This document shows positions 26,296 through 39,629 of a DNA stretch of 64,000 nt, piece by piece. This stretch comes from Paraglomus brasilianum (lineage: Eukaryota): assembly GCA_910592345.1 (NCBI GenBank), contig CAJVPI010000053.1:1-64000 (forward strand). Reading direction: 5' to 3'. Numbering within the stretch: position 1 is the stretch's first letter; each line of letters opens with the position of its first letter. The translations under genes were made by a program, and so were the position numbers. The notes beneath the pieces were generated by a model that was not told the origin of the DNA, searched no databases, and worked only from the letters and a program-made list of their open reading frames with translations.

Positions 26296-26465
26296 CGGGA
26301 GCCGTTCGTTTCCCCGACAATGACAATTTATTATTATTTCCCCGATCATTCCGACAATCATTTCCCCGACAGTTTATCTCCTCAATAATTATAGGCGTTT
26401 TGAGAAATAATCATTGTCGGGGAAATAAACTGGAAGTGATTGTCGGTGAAATGAACCGGACCCTG
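26296..26465. mobile_element. Palindromic MITE-like element
   Basis: Left cgggagccgttcgtttccccgacaat versus right reverse complement cagggtccggttcatttcaccgacaat; ccgaca motifs are repeated in inverted orientation in the two halves. Confidence 0.65.
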
Positions 26466-27061
26466 GTTATAGCGACTGCTAGCATAATAATAATTAATTC
26501 TTGGTCTAATTAACAACGTTATGCATAGTATCAGCTTATCGGACAAAGCTTTTCAAAGTAAGATAGACGGTAATATATTGATCTAATATACAGTGCCGAA
26601 TTGTATATTAATTAACGCGGTTTTTACTTACACGTTTGTCATGCAATCAATAAAGTGTGATTTATCCGTCATTTTCTCAATCGATAACTATATAAGGATC
26701 GTATCCTTGACTTTTTGTTCACCGTATGCGTGAGACTTATCCCCGCCGTTTGAAATTGCTTACCGATTTTGATTGAGAGAATTTATTACAAAAGTCTTGT
26801 AATACAACATGTGCAGTTTTACAATATTAATATGAATCCGGATTTATACGTGATGGTACGTATGAAATATACTTACCGTGGTAAAGGTAGCTTGGCTAGT
26901 GCGAGCAGGACCATCAATAATAATTGAGCCATATATTACTGTAAGGTCAAATTTCTTTTACGAATTAAAAACTTTTAGTTTACGGTAATCGTGAATTGTA
27001 TTGTATTTGAAATAAATTTTATAATCACGTGTCGTTATTGTTATGCTGGTAATAGTGGTAA

Positions 27062-28100
27062 TCACGGTAAGTTATTAGATAATACTGTTTTATTGATTAT
27101 TGGTGGATAGCAAATGGTTAACAAAAACTGCCGTGCTTGTAGGAAAGTGTCAATGCCATAATTATTATCATTTACATTAGGGTTAACGGTTTCAGTATTT
27201 AGGCTAACAGGTAATACATTGACAACATTATCACGCACGGCATGATTTGGAACAGGACCATCTAAGTCTATACCATAGCTATTATCATTTCGAAAGGTAT
27301 TATCAACAATGTCTCTACAATGTCTCCAATTATTACGAATCATACCTTCCTGCCATACTTGAGATGGTGAACGTCCACTTTCATCGATCAATCCGTAAAA
27401 CCTGGCAATACGTCCCCGCCGGAAACATTCCTCATTCAGGGTCCGATTTATATGTGGGTGATAAGTGTAATGAAGACAATATAGATGACGTTCATTTTCG
27501 ACATTAAAAACATAATACTCTTCCAAATGTCTGAATATCAACAAATACAATCTTCCGACAACGCGATTTAAATCCTTTCGATTCTTTGATTGTGTACTGA
27601 TGGGCTACATATGTGACTGCCGCGATCGATTCCTCATGTTTGTAACATATACCTTTCTATCTCTACGTTTTCCACTCCCCGATCGCTTCTTGTTCGTGAT
27701 GGACTCTGCCACTTGTCACAAGCAGCCAAAAAGTATCTTAAGACTGTTGCAGCAGGGAAATTAGCGGGCAAAGGCTGCAAAGATGTGTTTGTCCCAATGG
27801 CTATTTCTTTTATCGTGGTGCCAAGACTCTCTTCGAAGATATTTCGCAATCCAAGCCTGAAACATGATATTGTCTTCGGGGAATTAGTGGGTATTACGCC
27901 ATTTGGATCTACATGATGAAGGCTTTCGCGGACTCGGCAAATAGCCGAGCATCCAATTTTGCGTTCACAATACTTACTTAAATGTGTTTCATACATAGCA
28001 GTCTTGCATGGTTGAAAAAATGGGGCCCGATGTACTCTATCATTGTTAGAAATCCAATCTTTCTACGTGCAATTGCAAAGCATCACCGACCGTCATCTAA
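27062..28100 (-). pseudogene. Degenerate DDE integrase-core transposase (possibly IS3EU-like)
   Basis: RVRESLHHVDPNG..ATVLRYFLAACDKWQSPSRTRSDRGVENVEI..IFRHLEE..NERHLYCLHYTYHPHINRTL..SPSQVW..YGIDLDGP, split by frameshifts and stops. Superfamily name is from recall. Confidence 0.65.
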
Positions 28101-28134
28101 TTCTTGCAATGTTCTATTTGCAGCATTTACAATC

Positions 28135-28365
28135 GCTCTCTTGCCTTTCAATCATACTTTCAGTCTCTCACTTGCTCACCACTCTAATACCCACTCTTTT
28201 GCTCACCTCTCTCTTTATCGTGATCACACTCTTTGCTATTTCACAATTACTTTCTCACTCTCTCACTCTTGATTTCTCATTCTGGCTATATTTCTTTCTT
28301 ACACTCTCTTGTTCTCTCTATCTCTCATACATAAATTCTCACCTGTCACCTCACAGTCACTCTTG
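28135..28365. repeat. CT-rich low-complexity tract
   Basis: Runs of ctct/cact/ctca. Confidence 0.6.
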
Positions 28366-29133
28366 TTACTAGAAGCTACCCGCAATCACTCGTAATGGTT
28401 CTGTAATCTCGTACTAACCCTTTTCCAAAGAGGCTAAAACTTCGCATTTACGTTTCTGCGAACTAGATTAGTGTCGCTGTGTCTTGTCTATGGTAGAAAG
28501 CTTGTATTGCATTTCTCAAATAAAAGATTCACTGAATAGTCATAAATGTAAATTTGTACTACGAAACGATTGGAGGAATTAATACCATGGCTCCCGATAT
28601 AAGAAAGTATTTTTGCTGGACCCAATTAAAATCTTATAACAAATAACTCTTGCTATAAGAGATGTTCAATATAATAAAGGAATTTGTTGGGGCCCCGATC
28701 ACTTTCGTATTGTATTTTAAATAAGTACAGATTTTCTGTATTTTTAATACAGACTTGATGCTCTGGCGCACCATAGTTAATTTAGAACTGACACAGCGAT
28801 CATTTTCGTGTTAGCATGTTAGCCTTTTGGTTTGTAATAAAGGCTATTGGAGTCTTCTTGTCTTATAAAAATATTGTTTCAAGTCTTTGTCTTACCATTG
28901 TTGACTTGCTTTGTTTGAATGTATCATAGAAAATATTGTAAGGCACACACCCAAATAAATTTCTCTGAAAGCGTTGGAGTTGTTGTAATGAAGGGGTAGC
29001 GCATATATCTGATTGCCGTTCTATCAAACACGTGTGCGGAATGATCTCATACATAATCCGTCAAGAATAGCGAATAATCGCAATTAAGCGTGGGGGATCC
29101 CTTATTTTGATATGACCAACGAGATAGAAGCTA

Positions 29134-29275
29134 CAAGTGGCTCGCGATATAAGAAAGTGATCGGGACCCATAATAAAAGATCTTTGAATCTTTCTTATAC
29201 CGAGAGTTTATTAGTAACTTTCTTATATAGAGATGGTTTCATATATCGAGAGCTTCTTATATCGAGTTTCACTTG
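29134..29275. mobile_element. Short pogo-like MITE (related fragment near 28589-28640)
   Basis: ta|caagtggctcgcgatataagaa ... ttcttatatcgagtttcacttg|ta, imperfect TIRs with TA flanks and internal ttcttata repeats. Confidence 0.65.
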
Positions 29276-31489
29276 TATTACCCTTTCCGAAACGGAAATC
29301 AATACAATTTACATATTTACCTCGTTTTGTAATACTAATGCAAACATCAACGGTTCACTTGATTCTGTAAACGACAGAGATACACAATTTATTTCCATAC
29401 TGACGACAAGTCTTATTGTTCGCTGTTTGCCGGCCGAACTTGGGGTAAAGCTGGTGCTACATACCTCGGACAGTTATCATCAATCCCAAAATTATTGAAG
29501 TTTGAGAACAAGCTTGAAGGCTATTTAACTAAAAGCTGGACTACCAACTCCTTAATAATCAGTAAAGAGAAAATTGGTCTAATCGACATTGAAAGAAAGA
29601 ATTAGTCTACAAAAAAGTCACAAGTAGGGTCCCGAGTTTGATATTTTCCGGTACGGCCCACAATCTGATTGTATTCAAATATTCATTACCAATAATCGAT
29701 CAAAGCAAGGTATTGGTTTCAACATGATGAAACCCTTGCCAATTGTGTTAAACATAAGAACCTAACTTTATCTAGCTGGCCAATCCAATCAGACGCATTA
29801 AAAAAGAAACTTTAAAACCGAATTTCTAACGACATCTAATTGAAAGCATGCTTTGAAGAATTGAAGCTTGTGTTGCAAATAAGGACTTGCCAACAACCCA
29901 TGACTAACTCGTATGTATCGATGAGAATTGTTTTGTCTGTTTGGAATAATTAATAAGTCAAGACTCTTTTGTACGAGGTAAGTTTATATTAATCACAACT
30001 CCTAAATTCGACATAAGCATTACCGTACAAGGAGGTGTAGTAACGGTAACACGAATTCAAGGGCAAATGTAACACAACTGTCATTAATAATATTATTACT
30101 ATTACGCACAAACTGGATAGGTTACGAAGAAAATTGGCCAAGAAAAAGGGCAAATACCAAAATAGCAAATGCGTAACAAGGCAGACGGAACAAATACTTA
30201 TTGAATACCAAAGGAGCATACTAATATTACATTACAGCGTTACATGGCCTATCTTACAAGGAACGTATAAAAAATCAACCGTTATAGCGATGATAATAAT
30301 AAAGTAGTAGCAATGTGCCAATACTAAATAGATGTATAATTCCCCTACCCGAAATGCTCGAATAGTTAAGAACGGGTCACAAGTCCTAAAATATAGCACG
30401 TAGCGTTTCAATGTCACAACCCCCCGACTTTTATGGCGTACGACTCTTGTTTGTAATTGAATCGTGTCCAAGAGATGTTGTCGTCGACCTCTGAGTTAAT
30501 GTTTTTGTCAACTTGTGACTCTCGTCGCATGCTACCGGCTTTCCGTAAGATCTAAAAGTATAATGATGACTTGGTCGGTCGTCATTTCAACCCAAGCCAA
30601 ATATACCGATTGCTGCAGCAAACACTAATAACATCAAATATTAATATTAATAAAGATATACTTGGCAGCTTTCATAGATTTCATCAGCGAAACGATTACA
30701 ATAGGCCTCGCTTCAAGTTAGTCATTAATCATGTATTCAATGGCCGTTATATTTTTTAGGATTGAAGATCCACTTTGTCGGCAGCGATAAGGTCGGCCGT
30801 ATATGCCTATCAATGATAATCGGGGAATTACCTTGCAGGTCACACAACCTGCCAGACCAGGTCGTACAGGCTCCTTTCATTGGACGTTCAGATGCACTGG
30901 CAGGTAAATTCCTGATAATCCTATCATGTTGATCACTTTATATTAAATAATATATAATGATTTCCTGATAGGAACCATAAACGTCTGTATAACGTCGGAT
31001 TCGGTTAATAGCTAATTTCTATTAGAAGAAAAGAAAGTAAATACAGAACGCATGCATACATATTCTCCCATTCTTTCTTTTCTTCTTATCTTACCTTACC
31101 TCCATATTTTCCCTTCAATCCATTCCTTCTCTTCGGCTGGTCTCTAGAGGACCCCAACTCTTCCCCCACCTTCCTCCATCTCGCTAACCAAACAACGCTT
31201 ACCATAACCACTATATGGTTGGTACCTCCGATAGAGACAAGCCCGAATACACACATACCAAGTCCTGCCTAGAAAAAATCAAATCTTAAATGCCTTGACA
31301 AGTCAACGGCAAGAAAGAATTAGCATCATTAATTCCCTGACTCGCTCCTTTTAAATTTATCTTATTACTCTTTTACTCGTTCTTTTAATTCCAGTATTGT
31401 AAATATATATAGATTTCGAATAAAATTCTTTGAGAGAATCCTGACATCATTGATTAATTCATACTATCATCAAAGAACCAAAACAAAAA

Positions 31490-34400
31490 ATGGCATATAA
31501 CAACAACTGGTCAAACCAGCATCAGCAACGCCAACACCAGCAACAAAATGGCAGGAACCTTCCCCAATTACATTTAGACATTAATAACGGAATACAACAA
31601 CCTCAACAGTTATACCAACAACAATATCGAACCCGACAAGAATCGCCCCAGCAGAGTTATGCGCAACAGGAAAATTATCCTCCATACGGTGCACGCATAC
31701 CCACTCCGGCCACTCCTCAACCACAGCAATACTTGACATCGCCTTCCCCAACAATAGCACAACCTCAAATGGCACATTCTCAAGTAGACAATCGTCAAGC
31801 CGCAAGTCACGTACACGCTATATCCAATTACTATGAAGAAGACGAAGACGAAGAAGACGAGGAAGTATCACTTGGATATGTATCTAATAATAGTCGGTTC
31901 CAGGGTGTTGATGACGCTATATATCCTGCCGACAAACATGGTAGAGATCCAATTTTTATTTTTACTTTTTTTGTCTAGACATCAATAATAGTGTTGCTTA
32001 CAATTTCTTTTATGGGTTAGATCAATCATCACGTCGACCAGTGTCGTCATACTATGGCCTATCCCTTACAAAGGACAAGCAGAGAGCCGAGTTTGATGAA
32101 TTCTCGGTAGCAGGACCATATGAACCAGAAGAAGAAGAAGAATGCCGTGACATTCCCACAGCTGTGCCGTCCAGGGCCTTATATGCAAATCCGCCACAAC
32201 AACCTACTGCATCACATCACATCATCAATAGTGCCGATCCATACAGCGGAGAAAATTCAAATTCACATCCCAGCACATATGGCCCACATCGACCAACACC
32301 CCAACGGCAAACCAATCAACCTTACCCTGCTTGGAGCTCGGATGATCATCGAGTCCCAGTATCAAAGGAAGAAATAGAGGACAGTTTCATCGACCTAAAG
32401 AACAAGTTTGGATTCCAGGAAGACAGCATGAGAAATATGTACGATCACCTGATGTGTATGCTAGACTCTCGTGCGAGTCGAATGACACCAGCTCAGGCAC
32501 TCATCACTCTCCATGCCGACTTTATTGGAGGAGAAAATGCTAATTATCGCAAGTGGTATTTCGCTGCTTATTTCGATTTTGATGATGCGCGAGCTAATGC
32601 TGCTAGCAAAGGAACCCCTATGCCAGCACAACCGGACAATCTCGAATCCGCCGAAGATAAATGGAGACAACGTATGGCATCAATGTCACAACACGATCGA
32701 GTGCGGCAATTAGCTTTATATCTTTTACTATGGGGTGAAGCTTCTCAGATTAGATTCGTACCGGAATGTCTGTGTTTCCTCTTTAAATTAGCCGATGACT
32801 ATTACAGATCGCCGGAATGTAAGCAAAAAGTACAACCATTACCGAAAGGCGAATATCTCCGTACCGTCGTGACTCCATTATACAAATATATTAGAGATCA
32901 AGGATACGAAGTCATCGGAGGCAAGTACGTTAAGCGAGAAAAAGACCATGCTGACACCATTGGATATGACGACATTAATCAACTGTTCTGGCGTCCCGAG
33001 TTTATCGCTAGAATCTCAATAACTACCGGAGGAACGAGCATAATGACTCTACCCCCAGCGCAAAGATATATGCATTTGAAAGATGTCAACTGGAACAACG
33101 TATTCGTAAAGACGTACGAAGAAAAACGTACATGGCTACATGCGATCGTCAACTTTACTCGCATATGGATCATTCACGTAGTATCCTACTGGTACTATAC
33201 TGCTTATAACGCGCCATTCCTGTATATGGATCCTACAAAAGGAGGGCGAGCTGTACAATTTTCAGTTGCAGCCTTGGGTGGTGCAGTAGCAACACTGTTT
33301 ATGATTGCTGGCTGCGTATGCGAGTTTATGTTTATTCAGCTCACCGAGTCCAACATATATATGCTTGGTCGTCGACTGCTGTTCTTGTTCGTTGTGCTCG
33401 CGATAAACGCTGGTCCTACTTACTATGTCGTCTTCATGAATAAAACTGGTCAAACCGCACTATTTGTTGCCCTTGGTCAGCTCTTCTTCTCCGTGGTTAC
33501 AACCCTTTACTTTTCCATCGTTCCAAGTGCAAAATTGCTCGGTGGTTCCTCTAAATCATCAAGAAAAGGTCTTGCTGCTCGTACGTTCACTGCCAACTAT
33601 CCAAAGCTGCCTAAAACCGAGAGAGCGCTTTCAATCGCGTTGTGGGTTTGTGTGTTTTCTTGCAAGCTGGTCGAGTCGTATTTCTTCTTGTCTCTTTCGT
33701 TCAAGGATCCCTTGAAAGAAATGCACGACATGGTCGTAGCCAACTGCGGAGATTCTTTGATCGGGAACAGGCTTTGTACTCAAATGCCTCGTATGGCAAT
33801 TGTTATCATGTTCTTTATGGATCTAGTGCTATTCTTTTTGGATACCTACTTGTGGTACATTATCTGGGGTACCATCTTCTCGGTATGCAGAGCATTTTAC
33901 CTGGGAATTTCTATTTGGACACCATGGAAGTACGTCTTTTCAGAACTTCCAAAACGTATCTACGTCTCACTTTTATGCACCGAGAATACGCAGCCAAAAT
34001 ACAAACCAAAAGCCTTGATATCGCAAATATGGAATGCTATTGTTATCTCCATGTATCGGGAGCACTTGTTATCGTTAGAAAATGTGAAAAAGCTTCTCTA
34101 CACACCAGAACGGTCAAACAGGACTGGTGAACAAACACTTCAGCCACCAGAATTCTTTACCAAGCCCGGCGAATCGAAATCAAAATACTTTCCCAAGTTT
34201 AGCGAAGCAGAAAGACGTTTCTCGTTTTTCGGCCAAAGTTTATCAATCACTATGCCAGATTCTATTCCAGTCCAGAAAATGCCAACTTTCACTGTCCTAG
34301 TGCCTCACTATTCCGAAAAGATTCTTCTCTCTCTCAAAGAAATTATTGGAACAGAGGATCAGAGCACCCGGGTTACGTTACTCGAATATCTCAAACAGCA

Positions 34401-37227
34401 GCATCCTATAGAATGGGACAATTTCGTTAGGGACACGAAAGCACTTGCTGAAGATAAATCACTCTATAAACCAACTGCAGTCGGGAATCGATTCAAAAAC
34501 GTCGACAAAGAAGATGATCTTGCCTTTTACTCCGTAGGGTTCAAATCATCAGCACCGGAATTTACCCTACGAACACGTATCTGGGCATCACTCCGTGCTC
34601 AAACATTGTACCGCACAATTAGTGGATTCATGAATTATTCAAAAGCCATTAAATTGTTATATCGCGTCGAGAACCCTGAAATTGTTGCTAAATACGCCCG
34701 AGATCCTCGCAAACTGGAGCAAGAAATTGCTAATATGGCATCTAGAAAGTTCAAATTTGTAATCACCATGCAAAGATACTGCAAGTTCAACGCACAGGAA
34801 CAAGAAAATGCCGATTTCTTACTGCACGCTTATCCAGATTTGCAAATTGCTTACCTCGACGAAGTGCCACCTGAACGTGAAGGCGAAGAGGCAAAGATAT
34901 TCTCGGTTTTGATTGATGGTTATTGCAAAAAGGATGCGAATGGCAAACGTATACCTAAATATCGTATCCAATTACCTGGCAATCCTATCCTCGGGGATGG
35001 CAAATCTGACAATCAGAACCATGCAATCATCTTTTATCGTGGAGAATTTCTTCAGCTAGTGGATGCTAATCAAGACAATTACCTTGAGGAATGTCTCAAA
35101 ATTAGAAACGTGCTAGGCGAATTCGAAGTTTATGGCCCACCACCTTCGGCGCCCTACTCTCGAGGCGATTCGAATTCTTATCCTGTAGCAATTGTTGGTG
35201 CACGCGAATATATCTTTTCAGAGAACTATGGTGTACTCGGTGATGTGGCTGCAGGAAAGGAACAGACATTTGGAACGCTTACGGCGCGTTTGATGGCTTT
35301 GATCGGTGCCAAACTGCATTACGGGCATCCCGACTTTCTAAATGCTATATTTATGACTACACGTGGTGGTGTTTCGAAAGCTCAGAAAGGATTGCATCTA
35401 AATGAGGATATTTATGCCGGTATGAATGCATTTTGTCGCGGTGGTCGCATTAAACACTCTGAATACTATCAATGCGGTAAAGGACGTGATCTTGGTTTTG
35501 GCTCCATTCTACACTTTACAACAAAGATTGGGACTGGTATGGGCGAACAGATGCTGTCGAGAGAATACTATTATTTGGGTACTCAATTGCCGCTGGACCG
35601 ATTCCTGACGTTTTATTATGCCCATCCGGGTTTTCATCTGAACAACATCTTCATTATGTTGTCCGTCACACTCTTCATGTTGGGTCTGATGTTTATTGGT
35701 GCTCTAGCTTCCGTGTTGACCTTGTGTGAAACTGCTCCGGATCCGAACGGCCCTATCCCGAATTGCTACAACTTTATTCCAGTATTGGAATGGATAAAGC
35801 GATCTATTCTTTCCATATTTCTTGTGTTCTTTATCGCCTTCTTACCTCTTTTCTTCCAAGAACTGACGGAGAAAGGGTTTATCCGCAGTAGCACGCGCTT
35901 GGGCAAACATTTCATGTCCTTGTCACCGTTTTTCGAAGTGTTTGCAACGCAAATATATGCTCACGCAGTTGTTACCAATCTGACGTTTGGGGGCGCTCGT
36001 TACATTGCGACCGGTCGTGGTTTTGCAACAGCACGGATTCCTTTTTCGATATTATACTCACGATTTGCTGGACCTAGTATCTACCTCGGCATGCGCTTGT
36101 TGCTTCTCCTTCTCTTCATCAGTTTGACGATATGGGTACCTCATTTGGCATATTTCTGGGTGTCTGTCGTGGCTCTATGCATATCCCCATTCTTGTTCAA
36201 TCCGCATCAGTTTTCTTTGGCAGAATTCATCATCGATTACCGAGAATTCCTCAGGTGGATGTCGCGTGGTAACTCCAAGTCGCATAAAAACTCTTGGATT
36301 GATTACTGCCGTGTCTCAAGGACAATGATCACCGGTTATAAGCGCAAGAGATTAGGACATCCGTCGGAAAAAAGTGTGGCAGACGTTCCTCGGCCATCAT
36401 TTGCAGTTCTTTTTGCGTCTGAATTGTTCACTCCCTTCGTCACAGCCATTTTATGTACCATTGCATATACCTTTGTCAAGAGTTTTGATCCTAAAACCAA
36501 AAATACACCAAACACTGGCTCTAGTGCTCTCATCCGGGTTGGCGTCATTGCTATTGGACCAATAATGATGAACGCTGCAATGTTGGTTGGATTGTTCATA
36601 ATCTCAATTTGCATGAAACCAATGTTCAGTGGTGAATCAAGTCGCTTTGGATCAGCGATGGCTTTTATCGCGCACGGTTGGGCTGTTATCAATTTGATTG
36701 GTGCGTTCGAGTTACTTTGGTACATCGAATCTTGGTCAGTGAGCAATGCCCTCGTTGGCATAATAGCCGCTATGGCTATTCAACGTTTTACTTTTAAATT
36801 CCTGGTTATTGTATTCTTGTCGCGTGAGTTTAAACATGACGAGATTAATCTTGCATGGTGGACTGGTAGATGGGATGTTGCCGGCAATCCAGTTTTGCAG
36901 GCTGTGCGCGAATTGATTTGTAAGATTGTGGAAATGTCTCTGTTTGCAGCCGATTTCATCCTTGGCCATATTCTCTTGTTTATATTGGCACTGTTCTGTC
37001 TTATTCCATTTTTCGATAAGATTCATTCTATGATGCTCTTCTGGTTACGACCAAGTAAACAGATTAGAAAACCAATTTTATCCGCTAGCGTCCGTGCTGC
37101 AAGACGGAAAATAGTTTTCATGTACGGACTTTTGTTTCTTTGTATGGCGGCAATTTTTGCTGGATTGGTTGCCGGTCCAATATACGTGGGATCGATGCTA
37201 ACTCTTCCTTTTGATCTGGGTATTTAG
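31490..37227 (+). CDS. FKS1: 1,3-beta-glucan synthase catalytic subunit (GT48), 1885 aa as spliced
   Basis: Exon 1 31490-31940, GT-AG intron 31941-32020, exon 2 32021-37227 in frame. Motifs FGFQEDSMRN, LWGEA..RFVPECL, PHYSE, RIWASLRAQTLYRT, LGDGKSDNQNH, DANQDNYLEE, HYGHPDF, KGLHLNEDIYAGMN, QCGKGRDLG, GEQMLSRE. Confidence 0.99.
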
Positions 37228-37527
37228 TGTAATTAGGGTCGCTGGGTTTACAGTTTAACTTATTTGTACAACTTGTAATTTTTATTTTCGTATTTATTTC
37301 TACTAGAATTAATAAAAAGGGAACTGGGACACTTTGTTGCAAGTCTTTGTTTATTATTTAAGTGCAATATACATTTCTTGTTACTATTACATTATCATCA
37401 CGATTCATCGAGTTTTAAGTTGACCAACATCCTATGGAAAAACGAACCTGAAATGTCTTTCAATTTTATTATTAAGACTGCTTATTACTGTCTAATTCGT
37501 ATTATAAATCGTAATTGCAAGCGACGT

Positions 37528-39446
37528 TTACCAAAAACTCGCATTGTTCTCCTCCTCACTAGAGAGAGCAACAAATGGTAGATTCTGCAAGTCGTATTTA
37601 TTATACGATCCGTTTTTCTTGTGCCGTTTGTTGTTTCTCGGAGTCGACGTCGAACCTACCAAATCAAGGAAATCAAAATCTCTGCCAGATGAACGTCTAC
37701 CTCTGAAGCTAGAATAATTATTAGACAATCGGTTATCAACTTCTCGAATTTCTTTGATGAAGGAACGTTTGATAATTTCTTCTTTCGTTCGTAAGGCGGT
37801 TTCCGAAAACTCGTCTGTAAAATCTTCATCCTGAGAAACTCCTAGAGCCTTTTGCAATGCTCCATTCGAGTAAGCCTCATGTAACCGTTCCCTCGAAGAT
37901 CTTATCTCAGCCGGAACGTGTAATATTGATTTCAATATAGATAGTGGGAAATCATCATCCGAGACTCCCTTGCTTTTTTCATCAAAGTATGTGCTCTGTA
38001 CGTTTGCCACCTTTTCAGTCAAGTCAATATATGCCAAACCAAATTCTTTCTTGATGTCATACCAGTTTCTTGTTGCTCTCGCAACATCGTTGTCTGGTTT
38101 GGCAGGATCTTCTAGACAGATTTGGGCGAAATTTAACGATGTCCATTGACAATCTCTCTACATGTACAAAGAAAAATCAGTGCAACAACCAAAATCTTTG
38201 CAAAAGCTTGTCACCTAAACTTGATTCACCTTTTGATAATATTTGCCACCATCTCGTATGCTAACCACAAGATCTCGGTAATTAAACTGGTTTCCGTAGA
38301 ACTCGAAGAATTCTATGAGGAGCACTCCAAGATTTTTTTCTGGTTTTATGTAACCCTTTTGAATCAATGGATGTAACTAAAAGGCGAAAACATGTTATAT
38401 AATAGTGTGCAAATACCTATAACAATAACAAAAATTTGATACTTACTTGTAGGAAATGCAGGACCATTATTACTATACTATAACTGCCAAGCCCCCCAAA
38501 GGCAGCATCGTGGAGATTCTTCAACATCAGGAAATGTTTGATTACAATCGTGAGCTCCTTAAGGGCAGGAACTGTATTTAAATATTCCTTGACCACTCGA
38601 GCTGATTCCAACCCGGAAATGTTATTGAACGAAATATCCATAGATATGCCAGAATATCGTTCCTGACATTTAATAATAGGAACCTGAAGTAAAGAACACA
38701 ATAAACATTCGTTAATTATTAAGACAGAATCAAGGAAACAACAATTAAGAAGGAATAAATGTTATTTACAGCGCCACGTATCGGTCAAAGAATCTTCACA
38801 GTACCTTTGCACGGGCGATCGATTGGGGAGGTCCCTGACACATATCTTCATTCTTGAGTTTTCTAGACAGTCTATTCAAGGTTGGATCTGGCTTGTAAGC
38901 GTCGTACGAGGAACAGAAACACACTAGATCAATGTCACTATCAAGACAATTAACGTTGTTAGTCTGTATAGCCTTGAATTCCAGTTCTACCAATTCCCCC
39001 ATTAATTTACCTAGTTGGAAGGTATAACTTTGTATCAAAACTGCCAAATGCATAAACCATCGACTCCCCCCATAACTCTTCACAGACATTCTCTATTCTC
39101 TTGATAATAAATTTTCGCATTCGCTTCTCTTCGACGGTTGGCATTATATAGTCCACAAAGGCCCGTAATTCTTGGTTTAAGCTAATTGAACAGAACGAAC
39201 TATTAGTTCTTCCAGTCAGCAGTAACAAGCCAATAATAATATCACTTACAGTTCCGTCGCATGATCAAACTGACTTAGATCATAATTCTTGGGTACCCAT
39301 GGATAGTCTTCGTCGGTAAGCACAGTGATAACCTCTAATTCAGCACGTTTTCGTTTTCTGCTGTTCGTATTTACTTGTGAGTTTTTACTATCATCAAAGG
39401 GAATAAACCCATCATTATCCTTGAAGAGATCTTGCGTATTCTTCAT
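37528..39446 (-). CDS. TRF4: Non-canonical poly(A) polymerase, Trf4/Cid14/PAPD5 family (TRAMP)
   Basis: Spliced: ELRAFVDYIMPT.EEKRMR, AFGSFDTKLYLPTSDIDLV, ARAKVPIIK, MDISFNN.SG, GGLGSYS, NLGVLLIEFFEFYG, LEDP..PDNDV; six exons with GT-AG introns. Confidence 0.93.
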
Positions 39447-39629
39447 CGATATCTGAGAATGGGTGTTTTTTTTCAGCACAGATCAAGTCGCTGTTTTCCT
39501 TTTTGAAAGACAAACCCTTTGTTGGTGCTGTGTAACACGAACAGTCCATTCATGTGAGCCGTCCGAAATAAATTAATAATGTTCAAGTCACGGGATACTT
39601 CAACTTTTATTCCACCACACCCAAGATCA
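39447..39629. promoter_or_regulatory. Putative bidirectional promoter between TRF4 and DOHH
   Basis: Head-to-head start codons only about 183 bp apart. Confidence 0.6.

Noticed and set aside
32120..37026. Small overlapping ORFs within FKS on both strands
   Set aside because: Shadow frames of a long conserved CDS with no recognisable domains.
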